From positions 1 through 59,743 of IMG/VR virus record IMGVR_UViG_3300016476_000660: 59,743 nt of DNA; one strand, 5' to 3'. The position numbers and the translations under genes were made by a program. Under the pieces are notes generated by a model. The model did no database searches. It had not been told where the DNA came from and was given only the letters and a program-made list of their open reading frames with translations. Positions 27,401-34,843 of the stretch are shown piece after piece. Numbering within the stretch: the first letter of the stretch is position 1; each line of letters opens with the position of its first letter. The stretch is from a virus. Lineage: Duplodnaviria; Caudoviricetes.

Positions 27401-27547
27401 TTTATCACGATTTGAAATAGCCGTACTGAGACTGGTATATGCAGTCTTAGTTCCTGCTTGTGCTGTTGTATATGCTGACTTCGCCGTCTTAACGACATTG
27501 ATCGCTTTTTGTATATCAGCCCATTTAGGTAGATCACTATAAGCCAT
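24443..27547 (-). CDS. Large internal virion protein with C-terminal GDGQSDSIPAMLADGEYV domain
   Basis: N-terminal coiled coil, central Gly/Ala hydrophobic helices, FRSGG + SDSIPA module like that at tape-measure C-termini. Confidence 0.7.
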   Translation of the reverse strand: MAYSDLPKWADIQKAINVVKTAKSAYTTAQAGTKTAYTSLSTAISNRDKAEQKLQQLQAAFDDQSYLSKNSGYVNAQKAIATAEKNRDLAQQKLDNATDKNRAALERALNSANKTVDTAYTNLDKARAAAEKAYQSGTILPAQRAYEAAYKTFDAAQNKYYTAQDKEQAALNTQYDSYNQVRDYAQTIADNAGSITRKADATAAQKLVVDLNNAVKGVGLSDFTSQISGVVSNLDFTKGIPTVNIQGANPDVFSNIDPNTHLPILDQGGLDAVLDRYKSNKIDTQQYRDNWNKFGWNVKSDASTAMRGPAIVGLDRGTVQQGMQGAPGIVKAGTNQGATDADFKKAADQLGIDINDYYTTKETTGAYGQKSTTKVLDQQSLYNDIADRTKDFYMVANSIDGNKHAALLFRADGSGNLVPVTNEQGAPMANYYTATRNVTGETWYGDLLPIAAIAASLAMPGLTSALAGQIGTATGLSAAASGALAGAVTNAGLAALTGGNVLQGALMGGAGALAQVKAADIANTALGNVENVKAVAKLAGISLDQAQQTIAQGITTGLASAAIAPDKVGENILANVTGNFTSAKAQNAVATYLKDSGALPFMLDAAGNVAKVGSEAFVRGEDLYAALQAAGPSIAASGLKAQSSDTSPKQTTAGLPVDQVMAMGDLGPDYSSITGQAGAGALSTLGGGATPTDWQLATSLPGYATGQYGYEDIQRQAALGALGSIDGSSIVTKPVDPRTLEEVEVIGQREIETQPWRYLPSEEQDTPEFDEYAKASQEFPLTEYTPEALAGMGNIRTAATGIPGAGSLSLLATPTLSGATPQQPTPTMLQTRVPQMAYDQLLQLQQLYPGLANVDRGLLDVISSRLPDQSYYTYGAQQQQSPLDMYTQYLKDEGAQQSQQPALGPAETDRTNLIAPNEFSFDARQMAGLQQSERAQPFMFRSGGDVHTPQFITGKTGYYVEGEGDGQSDSIPAMLADGEYVFDADTVAALGNGSNKAGAKMLDKMRENIRKHKRSASHKKIPPAAKSPLEYLKG

Positions 27548-27548
27548 A

Positions 27549-27797
27549 TTAGCCTCGAGGATTGATGGCGCCAACTAGCGCAGCTGCCCAATCTTGCCAA
27601 TTATCAAATTTGTAGGGCCCAGGGATGCCCTCATTAACAAATACGTCAATAGCAATTAGCCCGGCGCCCCAGTCTTGCCACTGGGTATCATCAGAGGGTA
27701 TTTGCAATTGCTGCGGCGCATAAAGTTCACACATTAATGACGCCCATGACGTAAAGCTATGATACCTTGGGTCGTAAATGAGGCTAACGTCAGCCAT
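27549..27797 (-). CDS. Conserved virion-region protein (WQDWA)
   Basis: Coupled ORF with Trp-rich motifs. Confidence 0.7.
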   Translation of the reverse strand: MADVSLIYDPRYHSFTSWASLMCELYAPQQLQIPSDDTQWQDWGAGLIAIDVFVNEGIPGPYKFDNWQDWAAALVGAINPRG

Positions 27798-29607
27798 TGT
27801 AGCCTCTTACGTCGCCAATATTGCCAACCAATAAAACACGACCAGTTTGGAAGTCACCACCTGCGACATTACTGACAAACTTTAATCTCAACTCACGCCG
27901 TTGCTCACGTAAATCAATCTTATTGGTACCTGGGCTAAACGTGTAAGCATCAGACGTCTTATCCGCCGCTTGAGCATACGGTCTACCAGTGACATAGAGC
28001 TCCATATCACCGGATTGTATGAAATCTGGCTCAATTCTGGACACATCCAGCCATACATTATTGCCTACCATTGCTGGCTCTGACGGGCCGCCACTTACCC
28101 AACCCAGATCATTAGTTTCAAAATATGACTCAATGGCATTAACATTGACGCCTTTAACGGCGTCGGTGCCAATCTCATGCTGCCACAATGACACTGTATT
28201 GTATGTGCTATTGACAGTCAATTGAAAGCCTGCGCCACTTCCAAACGTACCAGTAAGAATATCTCCAACTGTGTAGTTTTGACCATGCGCAGTAATCTGT
28301 ACTGCCGTCACAATATTACCAGCCACAGTAATAGTTGCATATCCACCTGTGCCTGTGCCTCCGGTTAGTACCACAGCATTATAGGTGCCGTCAGTATAGC
28401 CACTACCTGCATTACTGATGGTCGCCGCATTAATACCATTGAGGGATTCTGGATCCCAGCCGGCATTGATGGGATATCTAAATACCTGTGAGAAGTATCC
28501 TGCTGAGCGACGAGCCCCTAGTGCCTGACCGGCATCATACCAGCGATTCTCTCGAATGTTATACACAATGGCGTCATTGCATTCAGTAGAACTACCGCGT
28601 GGGTAATACCACCAGATTTCTCCAAAGCGCGGCACTTTGGAAGCCCATACTTTATTTCTTTGCGCGTAATTCAAATTGTCAAAGAAATAGTTTTGATTCA
28701 TATCATTGGGAATCTCTTTGACCACGCCATTATAAAGCAGGAAGCGGTCAACGCCACACCAATAATAAATGCCGTCATACTCAATCACTGATTGGCTAGA
28801 TAGAATGGAGGACTGGCTGGAGATAACGTCATACCGCCAATACAATGTTTGCGAGCCAATAGTGGTTGGGTTGTATGAGACACGAATTAATGAGTCCAAA
28901 GACCAAAATAACCCTGATGGCGCATTAGAACCGCCACGTACCGGTAGCCCTTGTACAATCTTTGTGCCTGCTACGTTAGTCTCGTTAGAGTCAGCAGAAT
29001 TCCAATCAGTAAAATCACCTGCAGCACAATTCTTAATAAGTCCATTATTGCCGTAAACAAAAATATAAGGGTGCAGCACAACAAGGCCGCCACTAACTGA
29101 AATAGGGTTGCCGGTAGGCGCTGAGCCGCCTGTGTCGGCCAATTGCACCATGGAGGTGCCGGTAATCAAACCTTGCAATACAGGTGTATTAATCTCAGAC
29201 GCAATGTCTAGCAGGTTTTGGCCAGGATGCGCAATCAATGAGTTGGCTGCGCCGGCTACGTTATAAAACGTATCAAATTGCCATAGATTATTGGCATTAG
29301 CAGTAAAGTTGGATAAAGTAAAATCCAAAACACCGGTACCAACTCCAATATTATTGATGGGGTCAACTTGCAAACCTGCGGCATAGCCATTAAAAACATA
29401 ATTCAAACTGGCTTGTGGGCTAACGTAAATGCCACGTGACGGGCCTGCAAAGTCGTTAGAAATCTCACGATAGCCTGCCATTTTACGAGGGCGGCCTCGC
29501 TGAAAGCGTACCCAACGGCCATCTGAATAAAATTGGCGATCAAACGTAGTACCATCACGCTGTATGCCAGCGGCTGTATCTAGCGCAAATACTTTTTCAT
29601 CAGACAT
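27790..29607 (-). CDS. Putative tail nozzle / DNA-stabilisation protein (P22 gp10 / T7 gp12-like position)
   Basis: Beta-rich 605 aa, WVRFQRGRPRK, FGEIWWYYP, inserted NAGSGYT module. Confidence 0.65.
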   Translation of the reverse strand: MSDEKVFALDTAAGIQRDGTTFDRQFYSDGRWVRFQRGRPRKMAGYREISNDFAGPSRGIYVSPQASLNYVFNGYAAGLQVDPINNIGVGTGVLDFTLSNFTANANNLWQFDTFYNVAGAANSLIAHPGQNLLDIASEINTPVLQGLITGTSMVQLADTGGSAPTGNPISVSGGLVVLHPYIFVYGNNGLIKNCAAGDFTDWNSADSNETNVAGTKIVQGLPVRGGSNAPSGLFWSLDSLIRVSYNPTTIGSQTLYWRYDVISSQSSILSSQSVIEYDGIYYWCGVDRFLLYNGVVKEIPNDMNQNYFFDNLNYAQRNKVWASKVPRFGEIWWYYPRGSSTECNDAIVYNIRENRWYDAGQALGARRSAGYFSQVFRYPINAGWDPESLNGINAATISNAGSGYTDGTYNAVVLTGGTGTGGYATITVAGNIVTAVQITAHGQNYTVGDILTGTFGSGAGFQLTVNSTYNTVSLWQHEIGTDAVKGVNVNAIESYFETNDLGWVSGGPSEPAMVGNNVWLDVSRIEPDFIQSGDMELYVTGRPYAQAADKTSDAYTFSPGTNKIDLREQRRELRLKFVSNVAGGDFQTGRVLLVGNIGDVRGYNG

Positions 29608-30845
29608 TAGAATGTGCCTCCGCTAATGCCATTGGTGAATGTGCCTGTGCCAGCCACTGTCAAACCCGTTGCTGTCAATTGCAAACGTTGCGTGCCCAAT
29701 ATCGCGATGTCAAACGCACCAGCGCCTCCACGATAAATACCGGTATTGGTCTCAGCTGCAAAGTTAAGACCTGGGTTGGCAGCAGTGCCACTAACAATGC
29801 TTAATGCAGATGCACCAGCTTGTACAGTATTGGCGTTAAAGAAGTTGGTGCCATCACAAACCAGCGTTGCTTGTTGCCCAGGCGGGACAGTTGCTGCGAA
29901 TGAGCCAGAAATACCTGTGGTAACCGTTAGCGTATAGCCATTGTCAATGGTCTGGTTACTGATCACGTACAGATTGACAATAGGCGGATAGGTGACAACA
30001 ACATTACCTGATAAAGTGCCAACGTACTCTTGAATGATATTTGACGCTTCAGCAGGCGTAAGTGTATAAGCCCCTGAAGTTACTGGTTTAGTAATGGCAT
30101 TGAATGCAAATTGGCTGTTTGTACCATAACCAACTGTGACATATTCTGTGCCAGTGCAAATAATGAACGACGCTTCACCTGGGCCATATTGCTTAAATGC
30201 GCCGCCATCAATCAAGTCTACACCAGTTGTATTGATGGTAAGCGTACCGGAGCCATTATTCTTAAAGATGGTGAACCAATTATCGCCTAATGTTGCAACT
30301 GCCGGCAGCGTTACGCTACCTGCGCCACTAGGCCAAATTTTAGTTTGCGCTCTATCCGCAGCTACAAAAGTGTAGCCATTAACAATATTAGTTGCAGGGT
30401 GGCTTTGGTTTAGCGTTGTTGAAATGGCCAGTAGGCCATAACCTGCCAAGGTTGCAGCATCAGCACTAGATGTTCCTGCGCCAAATGCAATGATACCCCA
30501 AGTACCAGCAACAGTAGAGTTAGAAGTGACATAGATATATTCCGCTTGACCGGCGCCAATGGAAATAATGGTGCCACCAGAATTATCTTTAACAGTGAAT
30601 GCTGTAGCACCAAGATTACGAATCAATGCATCGGTGCCAACCGAGGTTTGGTTGGCTGGTGGCATAAACAACGACAAACCGCTTGTTGATGGCGTAACTT
30701 CCATGATACGAGCGGCGTAATTGCCTGTGGCATTGCCATTGATAGGCCACGCCAAAGTCGTATTGGAAGATATAGCAAACGCTCGATAGCTTACGTCTGT
30801 AGGCTGAATGACGTCGCCAGTAAATGGTGAGACGTAAGTTGTCAT
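29607..30845 (-). CDS. Tail fibre/structural protein
   Basis: Thr/Gly-rich beta protein, GTAANPGLNF...TGIY, C-terminal ISGGTF. Confidence 0.65.
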   Translation of the reverse strand: MTTYVSPFTGDVIQPTDVSYRAFAISSNTTLAWPINGNATGNYAARIMEVTPSTSGLSLFMPPANQTSVGTDALIRNLGATAFTVKDNSGGTIISIGAGQAEYIYVTSNSTVAGTWGIIAFGAGTSSADAATLAGYGLLAISTTLNQSHPATNIVNGYTFVAADRAQTKIWPSGAGSVTLPAVATLGDNWFTIFKNNGSGTLTINTTGVDLIDGGAFKQYGPGEASFIICTGTEYVTVGYGTNSQFAFNAITKPVTSGAYTLTPAEASNIIQEYVGTLSGNVVVTYPPIVNLYVISNQTIDNGYTLTVTTGISGSFAATVPPGQQATLVCDGTNFFNANTVQAGASALSIVSGTAANPGLNFAAETNTGIYRGGAGAFDIAILGTQRLQLTATGLTVAGTGTFTNGISGGTF

Positions 30846-31471
30846 GAGTCAACCGCCACAGTTTGTCGATCACCGGTGCGTTGCACGTCTTCAGCTTTCA
30901 ACGTTGCTATGCTCTCATCGTATAGTGCTTTCCATACGCCTACACGATTATCATTCTTCAAAAATGGCATGGCTTGCAGCAAAGAGCCATACAGCAATGC
31001 TTGTGGGGCATACTCAGTAAACCAGTTGGTTTGATTGGTTACGTCCAAGGGCTGCGGGCGTTCGTAATAGACCACTTCAAATGGGTACGCTGCTGCCGGT
31101 GTTGGCGCAATCAGCCAATGGGTGTAGTCGTAGTCTGCGTAATACAAAGGCACATCGGTGGCAGTGGCATCCGGCCAGTAATTACGTAAGTACTCATACT
31201 TGCGCAATAGCACGGGCTGCTTTTCACCATTGATGGTAATGGACATTGACACTGTCTTACGCCACCGTGCAGGCTTAGCAATTACCGGATTGCCGGCAAC
31301 CATAGTCGCCTCATCCACAGTCAATGTACCAAGAAACTTGATTTGGCTGGCAATGATTTGCTCAGCCAGCATGATGAAAGTGGGAATTTTATTAATTGTT
31401 GCGGTGTCAGTACGCTCGAGATAGCTCTCGATATCTGCCGCCAACGATGTGTAGGTCATTACTGCTGCCAT
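30842..31471 (-). CDS. Head-tail adaptor / tail tubular protein A-like
   Basis: TY..L...I..YLER, IPTFI.LAE, APTP...Y, LLYGSL..A.PFLKND. Confidence 0.7.
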   Translation of the reverse strand: MAAVMTYTSLAADIESYLERTDTATINKIPTFIMLAEQIIASQIKFLGTLTVDEATMVAGNPVIAKPARWRKTVSMSITINGEKQPVLLRKYEYLRNYWPDATATDVPLYYADYDYTHWLIAPTPAAAYPFEVVYYERPQPLDVTNQTNWFTEYAPQALLYGSLLQAMPFLKNDNRVGVWKALYDESIATLKAEDVQRTGDRQTVAVDS

Positions 31472-31641
31472 TATTTGCCTCGTTTAGCTTTTGCGCCCTG
31501 CATGTTTGCAACTAAAGAGGGGTAAACCGTGCCGGTTTTCTTGGCAAAAGCTTTGGCAGCTTTTTTCTGGTTAGGGCTAAGAGGCTTGGACTTGCCAATA
31601 CTCTTAGGGCGTGGCTTTTCCCAGATAGGTTTATCGCTCAT
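31471..31641 (-). CDS. Small basic protein (56 aa, not in ORF track)
   Basis: MSDKPIWEKPRPK...YPSLVANM. AAAGGGA RBS and TAATG overlap. Confidence 0.7.
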   Translation of the reverse strand: MSDKPIWEKPRPKSIGKSKPLSPNQKKAAKAFAKKTGTVYPSLVANMQGAKAKRGK

Positions 31642-31671
31642 TATATTCCCTTTCTATACCAGAATGACATT

Positions 31672-32160
31672 TCAATGCTGACTTCTTATGGCTTCATATT
31701 GGCTGTAGCATTGCTTGAGGGCTGCTCTGATTTCGTCTGCTCGGGCAGCTTCCCCGATAAGAAACTCTCCATCCGGCCGATAAAGCTGCGCTCCAGTACA
31801 TCCTGCGGAAGCTTGTCCAGAGCCGGTGCTTTGGGTGGCGCCACTGGCATCGGCGCTGGGGCGATCTTGCCGCTGGCGCACGACATTAGAAAGAGCGGTA
31901 GTACGAGCAGTAAGATTCTTGATCTCACGATCTTTCTCCTGTCGAATATTGTCTGCAGCTTGTTGCCAATTTTGTTCTTTCTCTCGAGCTTGATTGACAG
32001 CTTCAGTATGCTTAAGCAGTAAGTCAGCTTTCTCATGATCCCATTGCTGCTGAATCTCAGCTCTACCGGCTTTGTCGCCTCTCCAATAGCCTATACCGGA
32101 TGCACTCAGAAGGGCCACGAGCATCGCCAATAAAAACCATGGGTTCACATATGCCATCAT
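31672..32160 (-). CDS. Rz: Rz-like inner-membrane spanin
   Basis: N-terminal TM followed by a periplasmic coiled coil. Located in the lysis cassette. Confidence 0.75.
   Translation of the reverse strand: MMAYVNPWFLLAMLVALLSASGIGYWRGDKAGRAEIQQQWDHEKADLLLKHTEAVNQAREKEQNWQQAADNIRQEKDREIKNLTARTTALSNVVRQRQDRPSADASGATQSTGSGQASAGCTGAQLYRPDGEFLIGEAARADEIRAALKQCYSQYEAIRSQH
31686..31928 (-). CDS. Rz1: Rz1-like outer-membrane lipoprotein spanin embedded in Rz
   Basis: AGGAG RBS and GTG at 31928. LLLVLPLFLMSC lipobox, Pro-rich, alternative frame inside Rz. Confidence 0.75.
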   Translation of the reverse strand: MRSRILLLVLPLFLMSCASGKIAPAPMPVAPPKAPALDKLPQDVLERSFIGRMESFLSGKLPEQTKSEQPSSNATANMKP

Positions 32161-32333
32161 TTTGCAGGTGGCTTAGTGCCTTCTAGTTTTTTGTGGACTT
32201 TAACAGTTTTGCAAATCTCTTTTTTGGTTTTGGCATCTTCCACGCAGACTTTCTTCATTTCGCCACCGGCATACGCGTTAGCAGCAACAAAGCAAAAAGC
32301 TGTGTATATTGCCATAAGATAAACGTAGAACAT
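32157..32333 (-). CDS. Small secreted protein (58 aa, not in ORF track)
   Basis: Signal peptide ending ANAYA. KKVC...EICKTVKVHKKLEG. Overlaps both neighbours. Confidence 0.65.
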   Translation of the reverse strand: MFYVYLMAIYTAFCFVAANAYAGGEMKKVCVEDAKTKKEICKTVKVHKKLEGTKPPAK

Positions 32334-32782
32334 TATTCAATCTCCGGATGAGGGGGTTGCACAGGCGCAGGTTTGCCTTTATAACCAGCTACGACAGGAG
32401 GCGCTGAGCTAACTGAGTCTAAAGTAGGCTCAACTCTTTTTGCTACTGGCATAGGCGCGTTAGGCTTATCTTCTCTTTCTTCTTTGGTCGATAGCCCAGG
32501 AGGCACAAATTGTGGCAAAGCATCTTTGCCTTTAACCGCCAATAGTGTCGCCAGACTGCCTAAGATATACTTGGACATGTCTGACAGAATAAGAAAGAAT
32601 TGCTTATCTGCCGGAGCCATGCCATTCATGGGTTGAGTTACGAACACCACTGAATAGAGACTTACGCCTACCATGATGACAACAGTACAGCAGAAAGTGA
32701 AAGCAATGCAAAACTTAATTACCGCATCGTGCTGTTCCTGGGTCAGCGCAAGAAACTGGCTTATCAACTTTAATGGGTTCAT
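32333..32782 (-). CDS. Two-TM membrane protein, holin candidate
   Basis: Two hydrophobic helices. Lies between the endolysin and the spanins. Confidence 0.55.
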   Translation of the reverse strand: MNPLKLISQFLALTQEQHDAVIKFCIAFTFCCTVVIMVGVSLYSVVFVTQPMNGMAPADKQFFLILSDMSKYILGSLATLLAVKGKDALPQFVPPGLSTKEEREDKPNAPMPVAKRVEPTLDSVSSAPPVVAGYKGKPAPVQPPHPEIE

Positions 32783-32948
32783 CCTTCATGTCCTCGGGCT
32801 TAGTCAATTGGTCAGGGCAAGTACCGGTAGCTGAGCAATAAGGTCTTTTGCACTCTTTCTTTTCCCAATTATCTGGATCTTGGCACGGGTATCTATAGCG
32901 CTCGCAGCTTAATAGACTACATACCAAGAATACGACGAATACGCGCAT
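32715..32948 (-). CDS. Cys-rich lipoprotein
   Basis: LLSC lipobox. RYRYPCQDP.NW...C..P.C...G.C. Confidence 0.7.
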   Translation of the reverse strand: MRVFVVFLVCSLLSCERYRYPCQDPDNWEKKECKRPYCSATGTCPDQLTKPEDMKDEPIKVDKPVSCADPGTARCGN

Positions 32949-33555
32949 GCTGCAACTCCCTATCTTCTAGGCCTTTAGTGCCGCCATTGATCTTTTTGCT
33001 AAGCGTGATGAAGTCGCCAGAATCTGCCAGTTTATTGAGATTATTGGTTTCCCAAAACCAGCAAGCACTTTGAGCTGCGCCTTCAAAAGTTTGCATATAC
33101 TCAGACGCTTCTTTTACTGCGATTTCCAGGCTCATGGCGAAATTGCGATAATTCTCAGCGCCGGTAACTTGGATCAGCCCACGGCCGGCATGCAGCCAGC
33201 CATCACCGGATGCCTCATCACGATTGCCCATGCGATTGGCATAAACACGATTGGCAATCGCTTGAGGCTTTTTTTCATATTGCATAGCCGTAGCCATATC
33301 TGGAAAATACCGTGGAAACGTCTTTAAAAGACCGGTTGCTTTGTAATTGAGATTCTCTGATAAATAGACAAACCCACCTGACTCATGATGGCATTGCGCC
33401 ATGAAAGCTGCTACACGTGCGGGTGTGTTGATGTCGTAATCATTAAGAAGCGTGGCGCCGCTCAACTCAGTTTGTGGGACAAATAACGCTTCATACCAAT
33501 GGTCTGGGTACTTGGTATGTGGCGCAAACTCTTTGAATTGTTTAAGGGTTAGCAT
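32917..33555 (-). CDS. Endolysin, glycoside hydrolase family 19
   Basis: F.AQ..HESG, ENLNY, GRGLIQ.TG..NY, INGG..GL.DR. Confidence 0.9.
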   Translation of the reverse strand: MLTLKQFKEFAPHTKYPDHWYEALFVPQTELSGATLLNDYDINTPARVAAFMAQCHHESGGFVYLSENLNYKATGLLKTFPRYFPDMATAMQYEKKPQAIANRVYANRMGNRDEASGDGWLHAGRGLIQVTGAENYRNFAMSLEIAVKEASEYMQTFEGAAQSACWFWETNNLNKLADSGDFITLSKKINGGTKGLEDRELQHARIRRILGM

Positions 33556-33845
33556 CAGTCTTCCAGCATCATCAAAATTTTTGCTCTGAGCTCGCGCATT
33601 TTTCTAACTTCTTGAACAGCAGCATGCGTTGCATTATGCATATCCATGTAGGCCATACCCAATAATGGAATTGCGATCACAAACGTCAAAGCCATTATTG
33701 CCAAACATAATACGATAACCCATGGTACGTCTGACTCGTCCTTAGAAGAATCATTACGCCCCACATCCACAGAAGGACGAACAGGATTGCCCCAATCCAT
33801 GCCCCCATTGCTTTTGCTCGATTTATTGTTTTTCTGCGTCGCCAT
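33555..33845 (-). CDS. Single-TM membrane protein (start uncertain)
   Basis: One TM helix. Overlaps the 3' end of the upstream gene. Confidence 0.55.
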   Translation of the reverse strand: MATQKNNKSSKSNGGMDWGNPVRPSVDVGRNDSSKDESDVPWVIVLCLAIMALTFVIAIPLLGMAYMDMHNATHAAVQEVRKMRELRAKILMMLED

Positions 33846-34402
33846 CTTACAATCTGCGCTTTTCTAACTTCGACAGCGAGGGCCTCGTTTTGTTCAAGCA
33901 CAATGGTCTGCCACATTGTTTCAAACCGAGTCCAAACATCCCCCAATTCGCTTGGCGTATTCCAAACCATTTCGTGTCTGACTTCAGCCAACATTGCATC
34001 TAATTGCGTACGAATCTTTACTCGTCTTAATGCTCTACGAGCAAGTGACTCATTACCTTTATAAAGCTCTTTTGCTGAGGCTTCTTCAGCAACGTAAGCT
34101 TTTACAATCTTGTCATACTCATCTACAAAATTGCCAAGGTGCTCCCATATATCATCCAACACCTGATGCGGGTCGGCTTTGGCAACTTGTTGTACTCGCT
34201 TGACTTCCTCGTTGTACTGCCGAGTCTGCTCAGGCGAGGGCGCTACTATTTTGTGGTATTGCTCTTTTAGATCTTTAAGAACTCCGGATACGTCACCAGC
34301 TGTTGCTTTGATCTCTTTATATAAGGCAACACCTTTTTTCGCCATATCGATGGCCGTGGTTGCTGCCTTAATGGCAAGACCGATGCTGACTGGATCCAGC
34401 AC
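33695..34402 (-). CDS. Coiled-coil protein with C-terminal TM
   Basis: MLDPVSI start, helical, one TM. Confidence 0.7.
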   Translation of the reverse strand: MLDPVSIGLAIKAATTAIDMAKKGVALYKEIKATAGDVSGVLKDLKEQYHKIVAPSPEQTRQYNEEVKRVQQVAKADPHQVLDDIWEHLGNFVDEYDKIVKAYVAEEASAKELYKGNESLARRALRRVKIRTQLDAMLAEVRHEMVWNTPSELGDVWTRFETMWQTIVLEQNEALAVEVRKAQIVRWRRRKTINRAKAMGAWIGAILFVLLWMWGVMILLRTSQTYHGLSYYVWQ

Positions 34403-34403
34403 A

Positions 34404-34625
34404 TTACTTGTCCGCTTTGTTCTCTAAACGATCGAAAATCTTGCTTAGCATTTCTTTGATATCGTCAATATCTCGACGATAGTCATCTTTAGTCACATAA
34501 GTCTTAGGCATTTCTCTAACATCATCATCCAGATCATCAATAGATTTGACGATGCGATAAAGAGCAAAGCTGCCAAAGAAAGCAGCTAAACCTAAGATGA
34601 TATTGAAAATCACTTGTATGTCCAT
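34404..34625 (-). CDS. Small TM plus coiled-coil protein (lysis-associated)
   Basis: N-terminal TM, YVTKDDY, KIFDRLENKADK. Confidence 0.7.
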   Translation of the reverse strand: MDIQVIFNIILGLAAFFGSFALYRIVKSIDDLDDDVREMPKTYVTKDDYRRDIDDIKEMLSKIFDRLENKADK

Positions 34626-34820
34626 TTATTCCCCCGAAACTGGCTCTTCAACAAGAGTTGCTTGTTCAGCAGCAAGCTGCTCATTATAAGCTTGAATTTG
34701 TGGTGTTGCTTGCTGATGTATAAGATTGACCCAATAAGCTGCGTCTGTATAAGATAGTTTGCCTAAAACAGTCAAAAGACCATTCAACTCATCAACATTC
34801 AATGTAATTGCAACGTTCAT
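34626..34820 (-). CDS. Small protein, possible fibre chaperone
   Basis: Follows the fibre gene. GGAG RBS. Confidence 0.6.
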   Translation of the reverse strand: MNVAITLNVDELNGLLTVLGKLSYTDAAYWVNLIHQQATPQIQAYNEQLAAEQATLVEEPVSGE

Positions 34821-34843
34821 ACTATTCTCCTTTTTAGATTATG

